Source: Octopus vulgaris
Lineage: Eukaryota
Direction: 5' to 3'
Length of the DNA: 64,000 nt
Assembly (NCBI GenBank): GCA_951406725.2
Contig: OX597816.1
Location: 65,782,001-65,846,000, forward strand
This document shows, in pieces, positions 38,998 to 53,482 of this stretch; position 1 is the stretch's first letter; the number at the start of each line of letters is the position of its first letter. The notes beneath the pieces are model-generated. The model ran no database searches, was not told where the DNA came from, and saw only the letters and a list, made by a program, of their open reading frames with translations. A program made the translations under genes and the position numbers.

Positions 38998-39907
38998 GTA
39001 TATACTAGCAACATACCTGGTAATTCCTGGGAAAGTGGAGCTCATCCCTTGGTTCCATTCTTATAACTGTTTCGCTAATCCAATAACAATAATATAAAGT
39101 ATGTAGCCCTTAAAATGGTTTTTGTGCATTTACAGCGAATACCAAATTTGTCTTACACAGGATCTTGTTTTCAGGAATTCCCAATAAGTTATGAATACCC
39201 AAATTGTGAAGTCAATTATGTAATAACATGAAATTAGTTACCCGCTAGTAAGAATTCAAATAAAGTAGCCCCGAAAAAAGCTTTAATGTATTCCCAGAGT
39301 ATATGGAACTTAGGAGGAAATACTAATAAAGTATGTATACTAAAATCTTGAAGCATGTTATGTAGTAGCAGGTTAAATGAATATGAGATAACAATTCAAA
39401 GTAAATAACTCTGAAAAGGGTCTTTTGTGCACTCCAGGAGAATATTACCTTCAGTGGTGCAAAAATTAGTGTATTGTGTTGATGAAGGAAAAAAGCTATT
39501 TTTTTTTGCTGTAATCCAGAAATTGGAACCAATTCACAATTAACATAGGATCTTTTTTAATTTTCTCTCACTAGCCCGATTTCAGCTACGTGTATATTTT
39601 AGCTGGAGGTTTTGGTAGTTTTTGAAGGTATCGGCACTTCAAGTATGCTGGAGAAAGATTGTTTTCACCCAATCTCCTTTGATATAAATACACACACACA
39701 CACACACATACATATAAATATATATATGTATATACACTTATATATATGTGTATATATACATATATATGTATATATATATATATATATAAATATATACACA
39801 TAATTATATGTATATGTTTAGATATATATGTATATATGTATATGTTTAGATATATATGTATATATGTATATGTTTAGATATATATGTATATATATATATG
39901 TATATAT

Positions 39908-40232
39908 CTGTCTGGCTCCGTGTCGGTGGCACGTAAAAGCACCATCCGTTCGTGTCTGTTGCCAGCATCGCCTGGCCCCATGCCGGTGACACGTAAAAGC
40001 ACCATCCGTTCGTGGCCGTTCGCCAGCTCTGTCTGGCACCTGTGCAGGTGGCATGTAAAAAACACCCACTACACTCGCGGAGTGGTTGGCGTTAGGAAGG
40101 GCATCCAGCCGTAGAAACACTGCCAGATCTGACTGGGCCTGACGAAGCCTTCCAGCTTCACAGACCCCAGTTGACCCGTCCAACCCATGCTAGCATGGAA
40201 AACGGACGCTAAACGATGATGATGATGATGAT
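39908..40232 (+). mobile_element. RTE 3'-end repeat (family C), young copy inside a (TA)n field
   Basis: Three modules plus tail, CpGs intact. Confidence 0.87.
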
Positions 40233-40244
40233 GATATATATATG

Positions 40245-40277
<33 letters not shown>

Positions 40278-40450
40278 GTATATATGTATATGTATATATA
40301 TATATGTGTATATGTATATATGTATATGTATATATGTATATGTATATATATATATGTGTATATGTATATATATATATATGTGTATATGTATATATATATA
40401 TGTATATATGTATATGTATATATATGTATATATGTATATGTATATATATG

Positions 40451-40481
<31 letters not shown>

Positions 40482-40877
40482 GTGTGTATATAGCAAGAAG
40501 AAAATGGAGGGAATACAATTGTTAGATGGGATGCAGTCTATTTGCATTCAATTAATATATAACAATTGATGCAAGTCAATTGTTGTTAATCAGTACTTCT
40601 CCATTTTATGTTTTCTTTATATATATATATGCTGTGAGAGAGAGAGAGACTACTGGATATATATATATATTTATTTATTGATGCATATATATATCTGTTT
40701 ATATGCATATATATGCATGTATGTATATATGTATGTATGTACTGATAGAAACAGACAAACATGCAAGTAAATAGATTTTATTTGTATTTTTATATGTAGA
40801 TTTATGTATACCTGTGCTCACATGAAAATTGTTAATTTAGCAAAGGTAAAATAAAACCTTTTTTTGTGTTTATATAC

Positions 40878-40920
<43 letters not shown>

Positions 40921-41323
40921 TAAGTGAAAGAATGCGTTTGCTGCTGGCATGTTGTTATTTTACTGGGAGGAGTTAAATGCATTTCGTAACCAGTCTTTTT
41001 TTAATCCTCTGAAAGTGATGTGTATGGCTGTTATTGATCATAGATTAAATCTGAAGATTAAATTAAGTTCTGGTTGTAGATTAGCTTGCACCTTTGAAAA
41101 TACCTACAATGTCACTCACTCTCACTTGAAAAAATATTTTCTTATATGTAATATTTAAAGAGGGAAATCTATTCTCATTTTCTAAATTTTAATATAATTT
41201 GACTATATTCTAAATTTATGTTGATAACTTTTAACATCATACGAATGTAATAGCAAATCAATTTAGGTGTCCTATTTATACTGTCTGTGTTATTTTGTCT
41301 GTATTGTTACTGCTAAATATTAC

Positions 41324-41720
41324 GGTGCAGACGTTGCTGTGTGGTAAGAAGCTTGCTTCCCAACTACATGGTTCAGGGTTCAGTTCCATTGCAAGGCACC
41401 TTGGGATAGTTTCTTCCACTATAGCCTCAAGCTGACCAAATCTTTGTGAGTGGAATTGGTACACAGAAACTGAAATAAGCCCATCATATACGTGTGTGTG
41501 TGTGTTTCTCTCTCTCTCTGTGTTTGCCCCACCATTACTGCTTGACAACCAGTCTTGGTGTGTTTACATCCCTGTAACTTAGCGGTTTGGCAAAAGAGAT
41601 TGATATAATCAGTACTAGGCTTAAGAAATAAGTCCTGGGGTTGGTTTGTTCAACTAAAACCTTTCAATGTAGTGCTCCAGCATGGTCACACTCAGTTGAC
41701 TGAAACAAATAAAATAATAA
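41324..41720 (+). mobile_element. SINE family A
   Basis: Homologous to 4550-4952. Confidence 0.82.
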
Positions 41721-41902
41721 AAGAATTACATATTTCTTTATTATTGGCAAATTTTGAATTATACTGGAAACTGAAAGTTGTTGTGGCAGAATATCCTTTA
41801 GTTGATTTTGGTTTTTATTGTTTAATTCTAGGGAACAGGGCTGTCTCTATGACCTTTGCAGACCCTCTAAGAGTGTTGTGATAAATACACTTTATATTCA
41901 GC

Positions 41903-42117
41903 TTAACCTTTTAGCATTCAGATTATTCTGTCAAATATAATGCTTATTTATTCGCATTGTGTTGAACTGATCGTGCACTATCTCATAGCTTAGAGATTTC
42001 GATGATGTGATTGTTTATTTTTAGAATGTGTATGGGAGGCCAGATATGGCTGGGTTAAAGATAAAACAAGTAGGATATTTTGGCCATATATGGCTGATTT
42101 AAATGCTAAAGGGTTAA
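41903..42117. mobile_element. TTAA-flanked (piggyBac-type) MITE
   Basis: TTAACCTTTTAGCATT ... AATGCTAAAGGGTTAA; further copies at 43533 and 54313. Confidence 0.8.
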
Positions 42118-42324
42118 TAAACTGGATAGTGGGGGAGGATTGAAACATGGTATGGATGTTGTGAACATGAGTGCCTGGTGTTTCAAATTGGGCCTGGACG
42201 TAGGCTGTAGGCAACTATCTAGCTTAGAAGAGCAGAGATCATTACAATAACATAAGGAGGCCACATTTAATGGCCAGCAGTTGCCATGTATTCATGAGTG
42301 TCTTTGCCAGTATGTTAAATAGCT

Positions 42325-42812
42325 ATTATTTAGATATTGTTTAGAATGTTTTCTCTTTGTAGAAAGTGCATATAAAGCATATGCAGTAATGTACAAATGT
42401 CTGGGAAGCAAACAGTGTATGAGTCAGATACATGCTTGCGTGTGTATGGAGGGGAGAACATCAGGTGAAGTGTTGGCGAATCTCAGGAAGCATGGAAGTT
42501 TTGAAGGATGCAGTGCTCCGACAACTAACAACTGATGCCAGCAGTTTGTTCCATACTTCAGCAACTCTTAGCGTGAAAAAATGTTTCCGAAAGTCATGGG
42601 AGCTCTGCTGTTTTCTGACTTTGTAAACATGTCCACTGATGTTAGACAGAGGGTGTTTGAAAAGGTGCTCAGAGTTATTGTTTGTAAGATGGTTAATAAT
42701 TATATGGGTGTCTGCCAAGTTAGCTGCCAGACGTCGAAGTTTCAATGTATCCATGCCCAGGGAAGTAAGGCGTTCAGAATATGGCAAATGCCTGATGGAG
42801 GGTATTCTCTTG
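42325..42812 (-). mobile_element. Canonical CR1 LINE 3' end
   Basis: PYSERLTSLGMDTLKLRRL..GHVYKV..RKHFFTLRVAEVWNKL..FK. Confidence 0.85.
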
Positions 42813-43184
42813 GTTTCTATACTGACTTTACTAGCATTTCATTTGTGATTATTCACTGGCCTATATTAAACAATACATCTTTCCTTTTTCTTCTTTTAAG
42901 AATTTACAGTTTGATTTGAGAGAGATTAGGTTATTGTTTCTAGAAAGTTGACTGCTGGATCCCTGTTTAGTACTGTATCAATATTTGGTATAATACGTCT
43001 CTTTTGATGATTTTTATCCTGTATTTACCCAAAAACTTTCAAAAAGTCAGCCTGTCCTATATGCAAACTAGGGCTCCCACCCCCACAAGCTAACTTTGTC
43101 CCTTGTAGTAATAGTATGGGGCCATGCGCTGTAATAGCATGTCGCTGCATCAACCATCTGTTGTTGATCCCTTACTCCTGGCGG

Positions 43185-43485
43185 CTCAGGGTTCAGTCCC
43201 ACTGCATGACACCTTAGGCAAGTGTATTTTACTATAGCCCCAGGCTAACTAAAGTCTTGTGAGTGGATTTAGTTGATAGAAACTGGCATGTAACACATCA
43301 TTGCTTAACATTTGCTGTTGGCTTATTTATGTCCCCCTAATTTAGCAGTTCAGCAAAAAAGGACTGACAGAATAAATATCAGTCTTTAAAAATAAATACT
43401 TGGGTCAGTTTATTTGACTAAACCCTTGAAGGCAGTGTTCTAGCATGGTCACAGTCCCATGGCTGAAACAAGTAAAAGATAAAAG
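43185..43485 (+). mobile_element. SINE family A, old copy
   Basis: GGTTCAGTCCCACTG..tail GCATGGTCACAGTCCCATGGCTGAAAC. Confidence 0.78.
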
Positions 43486-43532
43486 ATATTATTTTCTCTC
43501 GCTTCATACTTTTTTTGTTTCATTTCTATACA

Positions 43533-44154
43533 CTTTAGTATTCAGATTACTCTGTCAAATTTAATTTCTCATGCTAGTGGAGCGTTAAGAGCACCATCTG
43601 AGCGTGATCGTTGCCAGAGCAGCTAACTGGCTTCCTTGCCGGTGGCACGTAAAAAGCACCATTCGAGCATGATAGTTACCAGCGTCGCCTTACTGGCACG
43701 TGAAAAAACATTTAATCAAATGCTGCTGGACTGACTCCTGTGCAGGTGGCACATAAAAAACACCATTTGAGCATGGCCGTTGCCAGTACCGCCTGACTGG
43801 CCCTTATGCCGGTGGCACATAAAAGCACCCACTACACTCTCGGAGTGGTTGGCGTTAGGAAGAGCATCCAGCTGTTGAAACTCTACTAGATCAGATTGGA
43901 GCCTGTTGCAGCCATCTGGTTGCCAGTCCTCAGTCAAATCGTCCAACCCATGCTAGCATGGAAAGCGGATGTTAAACGATAATGATGATGATAATCATTT
44001 ATCATCCCATAGCTTTGAGATTTTGATGATGTTATTGTCTACTTTTTGAATGACATTGTAGGACAGGTGTGAAAGGCTAAATCTGGCCATTTTGAACATA
44101 AAGCAGGGAGAATATATTGGCCAGATATGGCCAGTTTAAATGCTGAAGGGTTAA
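43533..44154. mobile_element. TTAA MITE interrupted by a family-C repeat (about 43572-43992, + strand)
   Basis: MITE halves match 41903-42117; the insert has modules and a (GAT)n tail. Confidence 0.78.
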
Positions 44155-45597
44155 ATATGCTTGCACTCAACTCTTATTTACCATCTGGATAGTATCTACG
44201 AATTATGTGATATATACTAATCATGAATGAAAATCATTGATCGTGGAAACAAGTACTAAAATAAAATATATATTTTGGCAAGAGGAAACAATATCAACCG
44301 TATTTGTCTTAATTCAGGAAAAATGTGCTTCATCTCATTCATTCTATTTGAATTCCAGTATATTTTTTTACACTTACCTTGACATGCATAACATTTCATA
44401 CAATTAGTTTTATGTAAAATATCTTTGAAAATACCAGTGCCATAATGATAAAAATAAATATAATCAAGTTTATCTCTGTTCTTTAAAATGTAATGCTGTA
44501 AAATGTAATGAAATAACTTTCCCGTACATAGAATAAGTTGTTTCACTATTTTTCTATAAACCTTTAAACAAAATCATTTTTTGAAAACTAAAATGTAATC
44601 TGAGGCTATGGTTTTTATAATCAGACTTGGGTTTTCTATGTGGATATTAATAGTATTGCTGTACTGACACATTGAATTCATTTTTATATGTGTGTGTTAG
44701 ATTCTTTATGTTTGAATATTAGTTATTAATCTCTTGTTTTGACCTAATCTGCTGTCAATATAATTCTTTCCGACAAATTAATCCTGAAGTATCATATTTG
44801 ATAAGCAATCTAATATAACAGCTATGATTTAGAATTAAATACATCAAGTATCGTATGCAAGAAAACATACTGATAAAGAAATATGTGGCAAGAACAAATG
44901 ATGAAAACTGAATGACTTAATTCTAAATGTTGATGGGAATTGCTAGTGAAAAGGTATACAGAAACACCTATTATTTAGTAGTTACTATGGTGACCTACTG
45001 TTTAGAGTGAAATTTGAAGGAGAATATTTTCCAGAGATGAAAATGAGTGGAATATGTTTAAAGTGCTGCGATAAATGAAATAAGGATTCTCTATATTGTT
45101 TAGACCCCCAAAATAACTCTGATGATAGCTGTAATTCAAAAGCATTTCAGCCTTTGGATCATGTGTTTGATCTGAGCAGGACTACATTGTTCAGTGTGTC
45201 TTCTCTTTTAAAACAGTAATTTGAGAGAGATCCAACTACTATTTCTAGCAGGTTTAACAACCATGTTGTAAAAACAGCAGATTATATAAGGTATGAATGA
45301 AACGTGTGAAGGTGCAGGCCTGTATATGTTGAAAATATGCAGTTGTTAAAGTAGACGAATATCATTCATTGAATATGCAATGAGAATTTGAATAATAAAT
45401 CGTGAAATAATTCAGCTGACGAAGTGACTTAATATAAGAATTATCTATCAGAGATGGCATGAAGAATGATTTTACAGGCATGGACATGTAATTGTTGCAG
45501 CCTTGGTCATTTGCAACTATTACATGTCCATGATGTGCTGTCAGAATGTCGAGAGGTTGATATATTGTGCCAGTGAGCAAAGTTTTGCTAGCTGAAT

Positions 45598-46200
45598 TCA
45601 TCATCATCATCATCATTTGATGTCCCCCTTCCATGCTTGCATGTGTTGGACAGTTTGATAGGAGCTGACCAGGTGGTAGCCTGTATCATGCTTGTGAGTG
45701 TCTTTTGGCATGGTTTTTACAGCTGGACACCCTTCCTAACACCAACCACTCTGCAAAGTGGGCTGAGTGGTTTTTACGTGGCACTCACACAGGTGTGGTC
45801 AGTTTTGGTTGGGTTTTTGCCCTTCCAAATGACAACCACTTTTCAGTGTGGGCTGGATGCTTTTTAAGTGGCACCTGCACTGGCAGGGTCACCAAGTGAT
45901 TTTGCAAGACAAAGAATCTTTGAGAGGGGAGGGGGAATTGGAGGAGATGATCATGTGTCAGATTATGAAAGATTAGAGTGTGACAGAGAGGCAGAAACAG
46001 ATGTCTTGCTGTAGAGGAGGTCCATAGTTACCAGGCGAGAGAGAAGGAAAGAGAGAGAGGAAGAGAAAAAGAGGGAGAGAAAGAGAGCAGGAGTTAACAA
46101 GAATGAGGGCAGAGAGAGAGAGAGAGTGGGAGTTAACAAGAGGTGTGCTGTCAGAGGCAAGGAAAAGAGGGAGAGAGAGAGTGATCAAGAATGAGGGCAG
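45598..46200 (-). mobile_element. Old RTE 3' end/UTR
   Basis: (CAT)n, decayed family-C body, then a purine-rich segment related to 23140-23240. Confidence 0.65.
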
Positions 46201-49200
46201 AAACGGGTTTGTTCATATACTATAAAGTGGTTACTGTTAGCATTCAGCCCCAGATCGATCCTGATTGAACAGGCTTATAACCGAAAGTATTCCAGCTGTG
46301 ACCAGCAAGTCAAACAACCACCTAGAATCTCTCACAATTGTTTGACTACAAATAAGTATCACAGATAGGTACATTTGGTTGTTGCTAGGTACAAGAGTAC
46401 TGTATATCTAAGTTAATCTTTATTTCATATTATCTGTCAGTGTTGAATCCAAGTCTGCTTAAGAGCTTGGGAAAGGCAGCAGGAAGTTGCTTATGTAGTC
46501 AGTCTTGGATCAGAGACCATTATTGTATTAATCAGTTTTGTTATTGAATCTGATCCCTGGTTCTAAGTTTCAGGCTGCATGTGATGGCTACATTCTTTCC
46601 TGTGTTAAGCTTATGTCGCAGTATTACTGTCAGTTCATTGACTAATCAACTACAAAGAATTCTATTACAATGCTAGACATGTCAATTATGTATAAATGGT
46701 AGATGTTAGGTCAAAAACTGCCATGATATTCTAATTATTAAGAGTAGCATGAAGTAGATGTAAATTAATAAGAATTTTAGATAAAATTAGTCATATATAA
46801 TTATGCTTCTAAAATGTGATGAAAATCTTTTCTTTTATAGAGGAGAAAGTTGTTTCATTGCTTTACTTGTTTTGTTCTTTTATAGTTGCCCCTCAATGCT
46901 ATCTAGTGAATATATGAAATCAAGTAGTTAGGTCAAGGCTCAGTTAAGCTTCACTGTTAAGATGATGTTGGGTAGGGTTGTGTGGAAAATGCTGTTATGT
47001 AAATCCAATCAGCTAGTATCAGGATGAAGAATAGAATACAAATCAATAATGATAAGTAGGGAAGAGAGAGGGATAAAATTCAAAACTATTCTTTATATGA
47101 AGTAGCTAATTTTTTGGTGTTCATTTTTTATAAGCCATCTGGAATAAAAATCATTTTGTCAGATTAATTTTTTTAATGTATTTTGCTGAAAAGAAAATAT
47201 TTGGTCCATTAATAAGGAGTAAAAGAAATATGTAGCTGTATCTGTAAACTTAATTTATGCAGTTAATCCAAAAATTATAATTAGCTTCAAAAGAATTAGG
47301 ACTTGTTGACAACAAATGGCTTTAGAGAAGATTTAAAGAATGTAATTAAGTAGTTTGAAAAAGCGATGATGGATAAGTTATAAGAGTTTATTGCAAAAAT
47401 ATATTTGCTGGAGACAATTAATGATTGTACTTATGAAAATATAAGATAAACCACATCATGAAAGTGTTGATTCATCCAGTCATTCTTAACTACTCTAGTG
47501 ATATCTCTTTCAAAAGCAAAAGGCGCATTTGATTTTGTTTGTTATAAATTCTCCAACATATTTTAATTTGTAATGATAAAGTCTTTTATAAAAACATACA
47601 AAAGAAGGCTTGACAAATAGACTTGTTTTACCCAAAACTACAATATTGTAGAAAGCATTGTATGTAATCATACAATTCATGTACCAGAAATATAGTACTT
47701 GGTGCATTTGGCTATTGTATCTTTATTTCTCAGCAAGTGATGCATTTAATACTGTTGAACGAAGTTCTTGGTCAACTGAGTATTCAAGCTTCATTTAAAA
47801 AAAAAATATTTTATTGCTCCCTCATTTCCTTCCCTTAAAAAGTTTCACATATGGTTGTAAATGATGAAGACAAGAATAGAGAAAAAGAGTGAATAACATA
47901 AAACAATTTAAAACTATCAAACAAAATAAACACTTTTTAGATGAGTTTTCCCTATCAAAGACAGTAGAGATATCTAGGTAATGTTTTGAGAAATTCAAAC
48001 ACATAGGAAAAATAAAAAGAACACTTAAGAAATATACTGAAACCTCACTTTTGGAAACAAACAAGAAATGAAAATCAAGATATTGTACCAAAAACCTTGC
48101 TCAAGATAGGAAAGGCATGCAAGCATGGTAGAAGGTAGTGATGACTCTGCATCATCTGACAGAGCCAGAAAAATGTAAAAAGTCTGAGACTTCATGCCAA
48201 TATGAAATAACTATATTTTTTCCTTGATATTTAATATGTCTGTATAAATCTGTCATTTGAATTACATAGTATTGTAAAATAAACCATTAGGACATAGAAA
48301 CAAAATCTTTGGTGGAACCTACTATTAAGATATGTAAAGTGTATGTCTAGAAATATATCATCATGAAGTCATGATGATATACATACATTATTATAATGAT
48401 AAAATGATGCTCACTTGCAAGATAATGTTACTGTCAAATATCTGATCCAATTATACTGAAGTTTGGACTACTAACAATCATCTGCCAACAATTATTTAAG
48501 CATCTTGAATCTCATGTTTTCCTCATTGCTACATAGCTATTACGGCTTCCTGGAAATCAGATATAGTGGTGATTCCTTTTGTTATATCATTGCTGGATTT
48601 TTGTCCTAAAATCTTTAAGAGCAAAGTTAGTAGCTGTGCATGCTAGTAACAAAACTTTGGTATATGGATAAATTCCTTCTTTATGGATTACATAAGAAAT
48701 CACTTGCATAGCTTCATCATTCTCTGCTCTGACACATATATCTTCATGTGTTGAAGATATCCATTATGGATAACTTACATTCATCTCTCAAAAACTACTT
48801 TTCCCTTGCACACAAGACTATACCTACTTACCTTTCTAAGAGAAATAATTTACATAATCTACATTTCCTATCAATGTCAATGAAAATCTCTCATACTTCC
48901 TCCAGTGAGAAAATGTGAGAATTAAGGTTAATTTGAAAATAAGCTGTTTTATTTGTACCATCTTGAATGATTTTTAATAGCCTTCAGTCTTTAAAATCCA
49001 TTGGCTTCATCCCATCTCCTAAAACTACTTTAGTAATCAGTAAATGAAATACTAATTGAACTGATATTCTCCAATCCTGTCAACCTTCTAGCATAGGGAA
49101 GCCTACAATAGCAATAAACAAATAGAATATTTATTAATAATATTGTATACAATAAATAATAAAATCAATTCTGAAAGATATTCTATAGTTTATAGAAATA

Positions 49201-49219
49201 AATTGTTAATGTTCCAACA

Positions 49220-49655
49220 TTATCGTCATCTAACGTCTGCATTCCATGCTAGCATGGGTTGGGCGATTTGACTGACGACTGGCAAACCAGATGGTTGCAC
49301 CAGACTCCAATCTTGATCTGGCAGAGTTTCTACAGCTGGATGCCCTTCCTAACGCCAACCACTCTGAGAGTGTAGTGGGTGCTTTTACATGCCACCAGCA
49401 CGGGGGCCAGTCAGGCACTACTGGCAACGACCTCGCTCGAATCTTTTTACACATTCCACCGGCACAGGTGCCAGTAAGGCGATGCTGGTAACGTTCTGAG
49501 TTCAAAATTCCGCCGAGGTCAACTTTGCCTTTCATCCTTTCGGGGTCGATAAATAAAGTACCAGTTTCGAACTGGGGGCGATATAATCGACTCAATCCCT
49601 TCGTCTGTCCTTGTTTGTCCCCTCTATGTTTAGCCCTTTGTGGGCAGTAAAGAAA
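49220..49655. mobile_element. Family-C repeat (minus strand) joined head-to-head to a 5'-truncated SINE B (plus strand)
   Basis: Junction at about 49490: CTGGTAACG|TTCTGAGTTCAAA. Confidence 0.8.
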
Positions 49656-49865
49656 TAGATATATACATACATACATATATACACATACAACTACCAAACT
49701 ACCAGTTCCCATCTACCAAATCCACTCACAAGTCTTTAATTGGCCCAAGGCTATAGTAGAAGACACTTGCCCAAGGTTCCATGTGGTTGGGAAGCAAGCT
49801 TCTTACCACACAACAATTCCTGTATACACAATGGGTTTCTTCCAGTTTGTAACTACCAAATTTTA

Positions 49866-50163
49866 GAAATATTACATTTCTAAATCTCTCAGAGAGATTT
49901 ATAAAGCAGCAGCATGATTAAGTGATGTTATGTTGCCAACTTAATGTGGCAGTCCCATGAAAAGGAAGAATGCTACTGTTATTTAGCCCTAGGAAACACC
50001 GTTTCCAGTTGGCCATGACATTTTTTAATTTCCCCTTTGAAAACATAAGGACACAGAAGATGTATCATGACCAACTGGAAACGGTGTTTCCTAGGGCTAA
50101 ATAGCAGCAGCATTCTTCCCTTTCATGGGACTGCCACATTAAGTTAGCATCATAACATCACTT
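49866..50163. mobile_element. Palindromic insertion (~99-bp arms) with a 12-bp direct repeat flank
   Basis: Arms 49920-50018 and 50065-50163; TACCAAATTTTA at 49854-49865 and 50164-50175. Confidence 0.8.
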
Positions 50164-51479
50164 TACCAAATTTTACTCACAAAGTATTGGTCAATCCACA
50201 GCTGTAGTAGAGGATACCAGCTGAAAATGTTCATTCCCTAGAAACAAATTCCAAACCCTGTGATTCCAAAACAAACATCGTAACCATACAGCTATGTCTG
50301 CACCTAGAAATAATATTCAAATTATTTGCAATATTTCTCTAAAGCCTTGTGCATTATAGATTGTCTTTGAATAAGTTCTACCTCTATATGTTCTCTCAGA
50401 CTTTATAATCATAGAATATTTTCTAAGCTCAGTGTTGAGAAATCTTTGTGGTTTATAGATTTAAAAAAAATAAATGTTAATCTATAGTTATTTTAAATTT
50501 TTCTTTTCTTTTCTATTGTTTGTTTACATATTTCTATAAATGCCAAACATTGTTAGGACATCTTTATCCCTTAAAAGGTTTTTATTTTGTATATCTATGC
50601 AGAATTAATAATTTAAGTAGGTAGGATGCTATTGATTCAGTCTGCTGGATTCTATAATTCTTCTGCATCTATATAATTTATCATTTTAGTATATTTAACA
50701 TGTTAATATCGTTGAGTCTAACACTGAAGGAATTCCAGCAGTGATATTACATAGCTTTTGTAACTTGTTGAAAAACTCATGATTGGATTGGAGTGTTTAC
50801 TCTGAAAATATTATTCTTATTTTATTGCTTTGTTTTCTTATTCATATAATATTGTGAAAATATTAATCAATAAACAACATTCTAAGCTAGAAACTGTCAC
50901 TAGAGCACTTCGCATTTTCTAAACTGCCATTTATGGCGTTTATCCAAATCTATTTCGCTGACTCATATATTTCTCTGTGTAATCCTTTTCTTTTCTCATT
51001 GATTGATTTCTCAAATATCTGCTCTATAAACACTATTACATATTAAAGACTTTCTTACTGTTTACTCTTTTACCAACATTCTTTTAATTACCTATTTCTT
51101 TATTACCCTGTCTTTAACTAACCGTTTTAGTCTTAGACTATTTTCAGGTGAGAATTACATCATATATTATCTTATTCACTTATAACTATAACGACTCTTC
51201 AAAATATCATAAGCATTTTTTCTTTCAGTTGTTTTGGTACTTCATTTTTAAATAATCTACTTTAATAAATCTGTCTTAGAAATTAGAAGTACTATTTTCA
51301 GAAAGTTATGAAAAATTTGTCTTTATATTTATTTTTGTCATATCAATTTTCTTCTATAGAATCTTATGTGGTGGTGAAATTAATTTAATTCAAGTCCTAT
51401 TACATTTTATCTTTTCTAACAAATTTAGTGAAATGGAAATTTCTACTCTTGTGCTTTATACACACACACACACACACAC

Positions 51480-52190
51480 AGTTGCCTCTCCTGGACCTAT
51501 TGTGAGTGGTGCATCTCACCTGGGAGGCTATACCTTTGCTTTTCAAGAACAGAAGATGGCTACTGGATGTGTGATCAACAAAAGAGATATGGCTGTCTCT
51601 AAACTCCAACTTTCTGACTGAGAATGTTGAGTGTGCCATGCCATTGTGGATGATGTTACTCATATCAGTGTTAGCTACTCAGGAGTGTCCATAGGTTACA
51701 GCTTCCCCATGGGGCATGACATTATTGCCAAGGCAGTTTGCAATGCTATATGTAGGAAGAATTGTTGTGATGACCCTGCCAGAGAAACTGGAGAGCCAGA
51801 GACTAACCATACCTATAAAAAGGCAAAATGTTGGTGGAACATTTCAAAAGAAACAGTAGCCTGGTGTATACTTACCACAGGCCAGATATCTTTATGTGAG
51901 ATGCATCATTGTGGGCATCAGCTGCTTGGCAGATTTGAGTGTCTCTGATGATGGGGGAAGGAGAAAACGTCTCTGGAGAACTGATGGTGGTGGGGGGCAC
52001 CTGCAGCTCTTGTATCTTGGCTATAAATTTTCATTTGTTCCTGTTATCATAGGTGTTCTGGGATTCATAACAAGATTTTCTCAGAAACCTAGAAATGCTT
52101 TGGTTCTCCAAAAAATGAAAAGAGCAAACTGATTCACATTCTTCAGATACAATTAATTTGAGGAACAGTGAAAATTTGTAAAACGTTTCA
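51480..52190 (+). mobile_element. R4/Dong-like non-LTR element C-terminal relic (CCHC plus RLE)
   Basis: C*VCHAIVDDVTHIS...PMGHDIIAKAV; IIVGISCLAD; LQLLYLGYKFSFVPVIIGVLG. Confidence 0.72.
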
Positions 52191-52367
52191 GAGATTCTCC
52201 ATTTGAGTTCCCTGGGTGAACATGTGCACATAGTAGACATTGAAATGATGATGGTCATCATTTTAATGTTAGTGTTTCCATGTTGCGTAATTTCATCTAT
52301 AACATCAGAATTCAGATTTTACTGCTTCTAATTCTTCTTGGGTTTACTTCTCTTGTAGGAATTTTTC

Positions 52368-52772
52368 TCAGGAGTGGCTGTGTGGTAAGTAGCTTGCTTA
52401 CCAACCACATGGTTCTGAGTTCAGTCCTACTGCATGGAACCTTGGGCAAATGTCTTCTACTATATATATATATAGCCTCAGGCCGACCAAAGCCTTGTGA
52501 GTGGATTTGGTAGACAGAAATTGAAAGAAGCCTGTCGTATATATGTATATATATATGTGTGTGTGTGTGTTTGTGTGTCTATGTTTGTCCCTCCAACATT
52601 CTTGACAACTGATGCTGGTGTGTTTGTGTCCCCGTAACTTAGCGGTTCAGCAAAAGAGACTGTTAGAATAAGTACTAGGCTTACAAAGAATAAGTCCTGG
52701 GGTTGATTTGCTTGACTAAAGGTAGTGCTCCAGCATGGCCACAGTCAAATGACTGAAACAAGTAAAAGAGTA
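52368..52772 (+). mobile_element. SINE family A
   Basis: Homologous to 4550-4952. Confidence 0.87.
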
Positions 52773-53482
52773 ATATGCAATATATATTTATGCGTCATTT
52801 ATTTCCATTGTATATCTCCATACTAGCATAGCTGTCTTTCTGTATTTAGCAGCTAATGTATTTGAGCTCAAATAATAAACGTTCACGTTTAAAATATAGG
52901 TATGTTTTTTTACAATTTTATCTTACCTTTTTAGCCTTAAGAATAATTTAACACATGACATGTATTATAGAAAAAAATTTAATGCTGCTTCTTTTACTGG
53001 ATTTTACTGGTGGAAAATATTACTACATAGTGATTTAAAAAATGTCATTGCTTTTACTCAGTCACCAATGCTTCAGTTGAGTATTGCATACTCTCTTTAC
53101 ATCATTCAATTTAGTAAGTTTTAACTGCTATTAGTAAATTAATATTGAATCTACTTTCTTGGCTGTTGGAATAAAATATTTTACTAAGATATTCCACTAA
53201 TAAAATTAGTTTCTACTAAGGCCCTTGTATAAGCTTTATGTAAATTAATTTCACTCATTTATTTTAATTGTCTTTCATCTGATTGATAATTGTACTTAAT
53301 TTACTGCTACTACTATTGTCAATAGAAATCTTCAGAACTACATTGCTTTCATTGTTTCATAAAATTTTGTATAATCTCTAACCTGATAAACATATCATTG
53401 AAAAATAACTTTGCATTAGATATTTTATATAATTAGTTGACTTAATTGCATTTTGTCCATTTCTGGGAGTAGTGAACTTACT

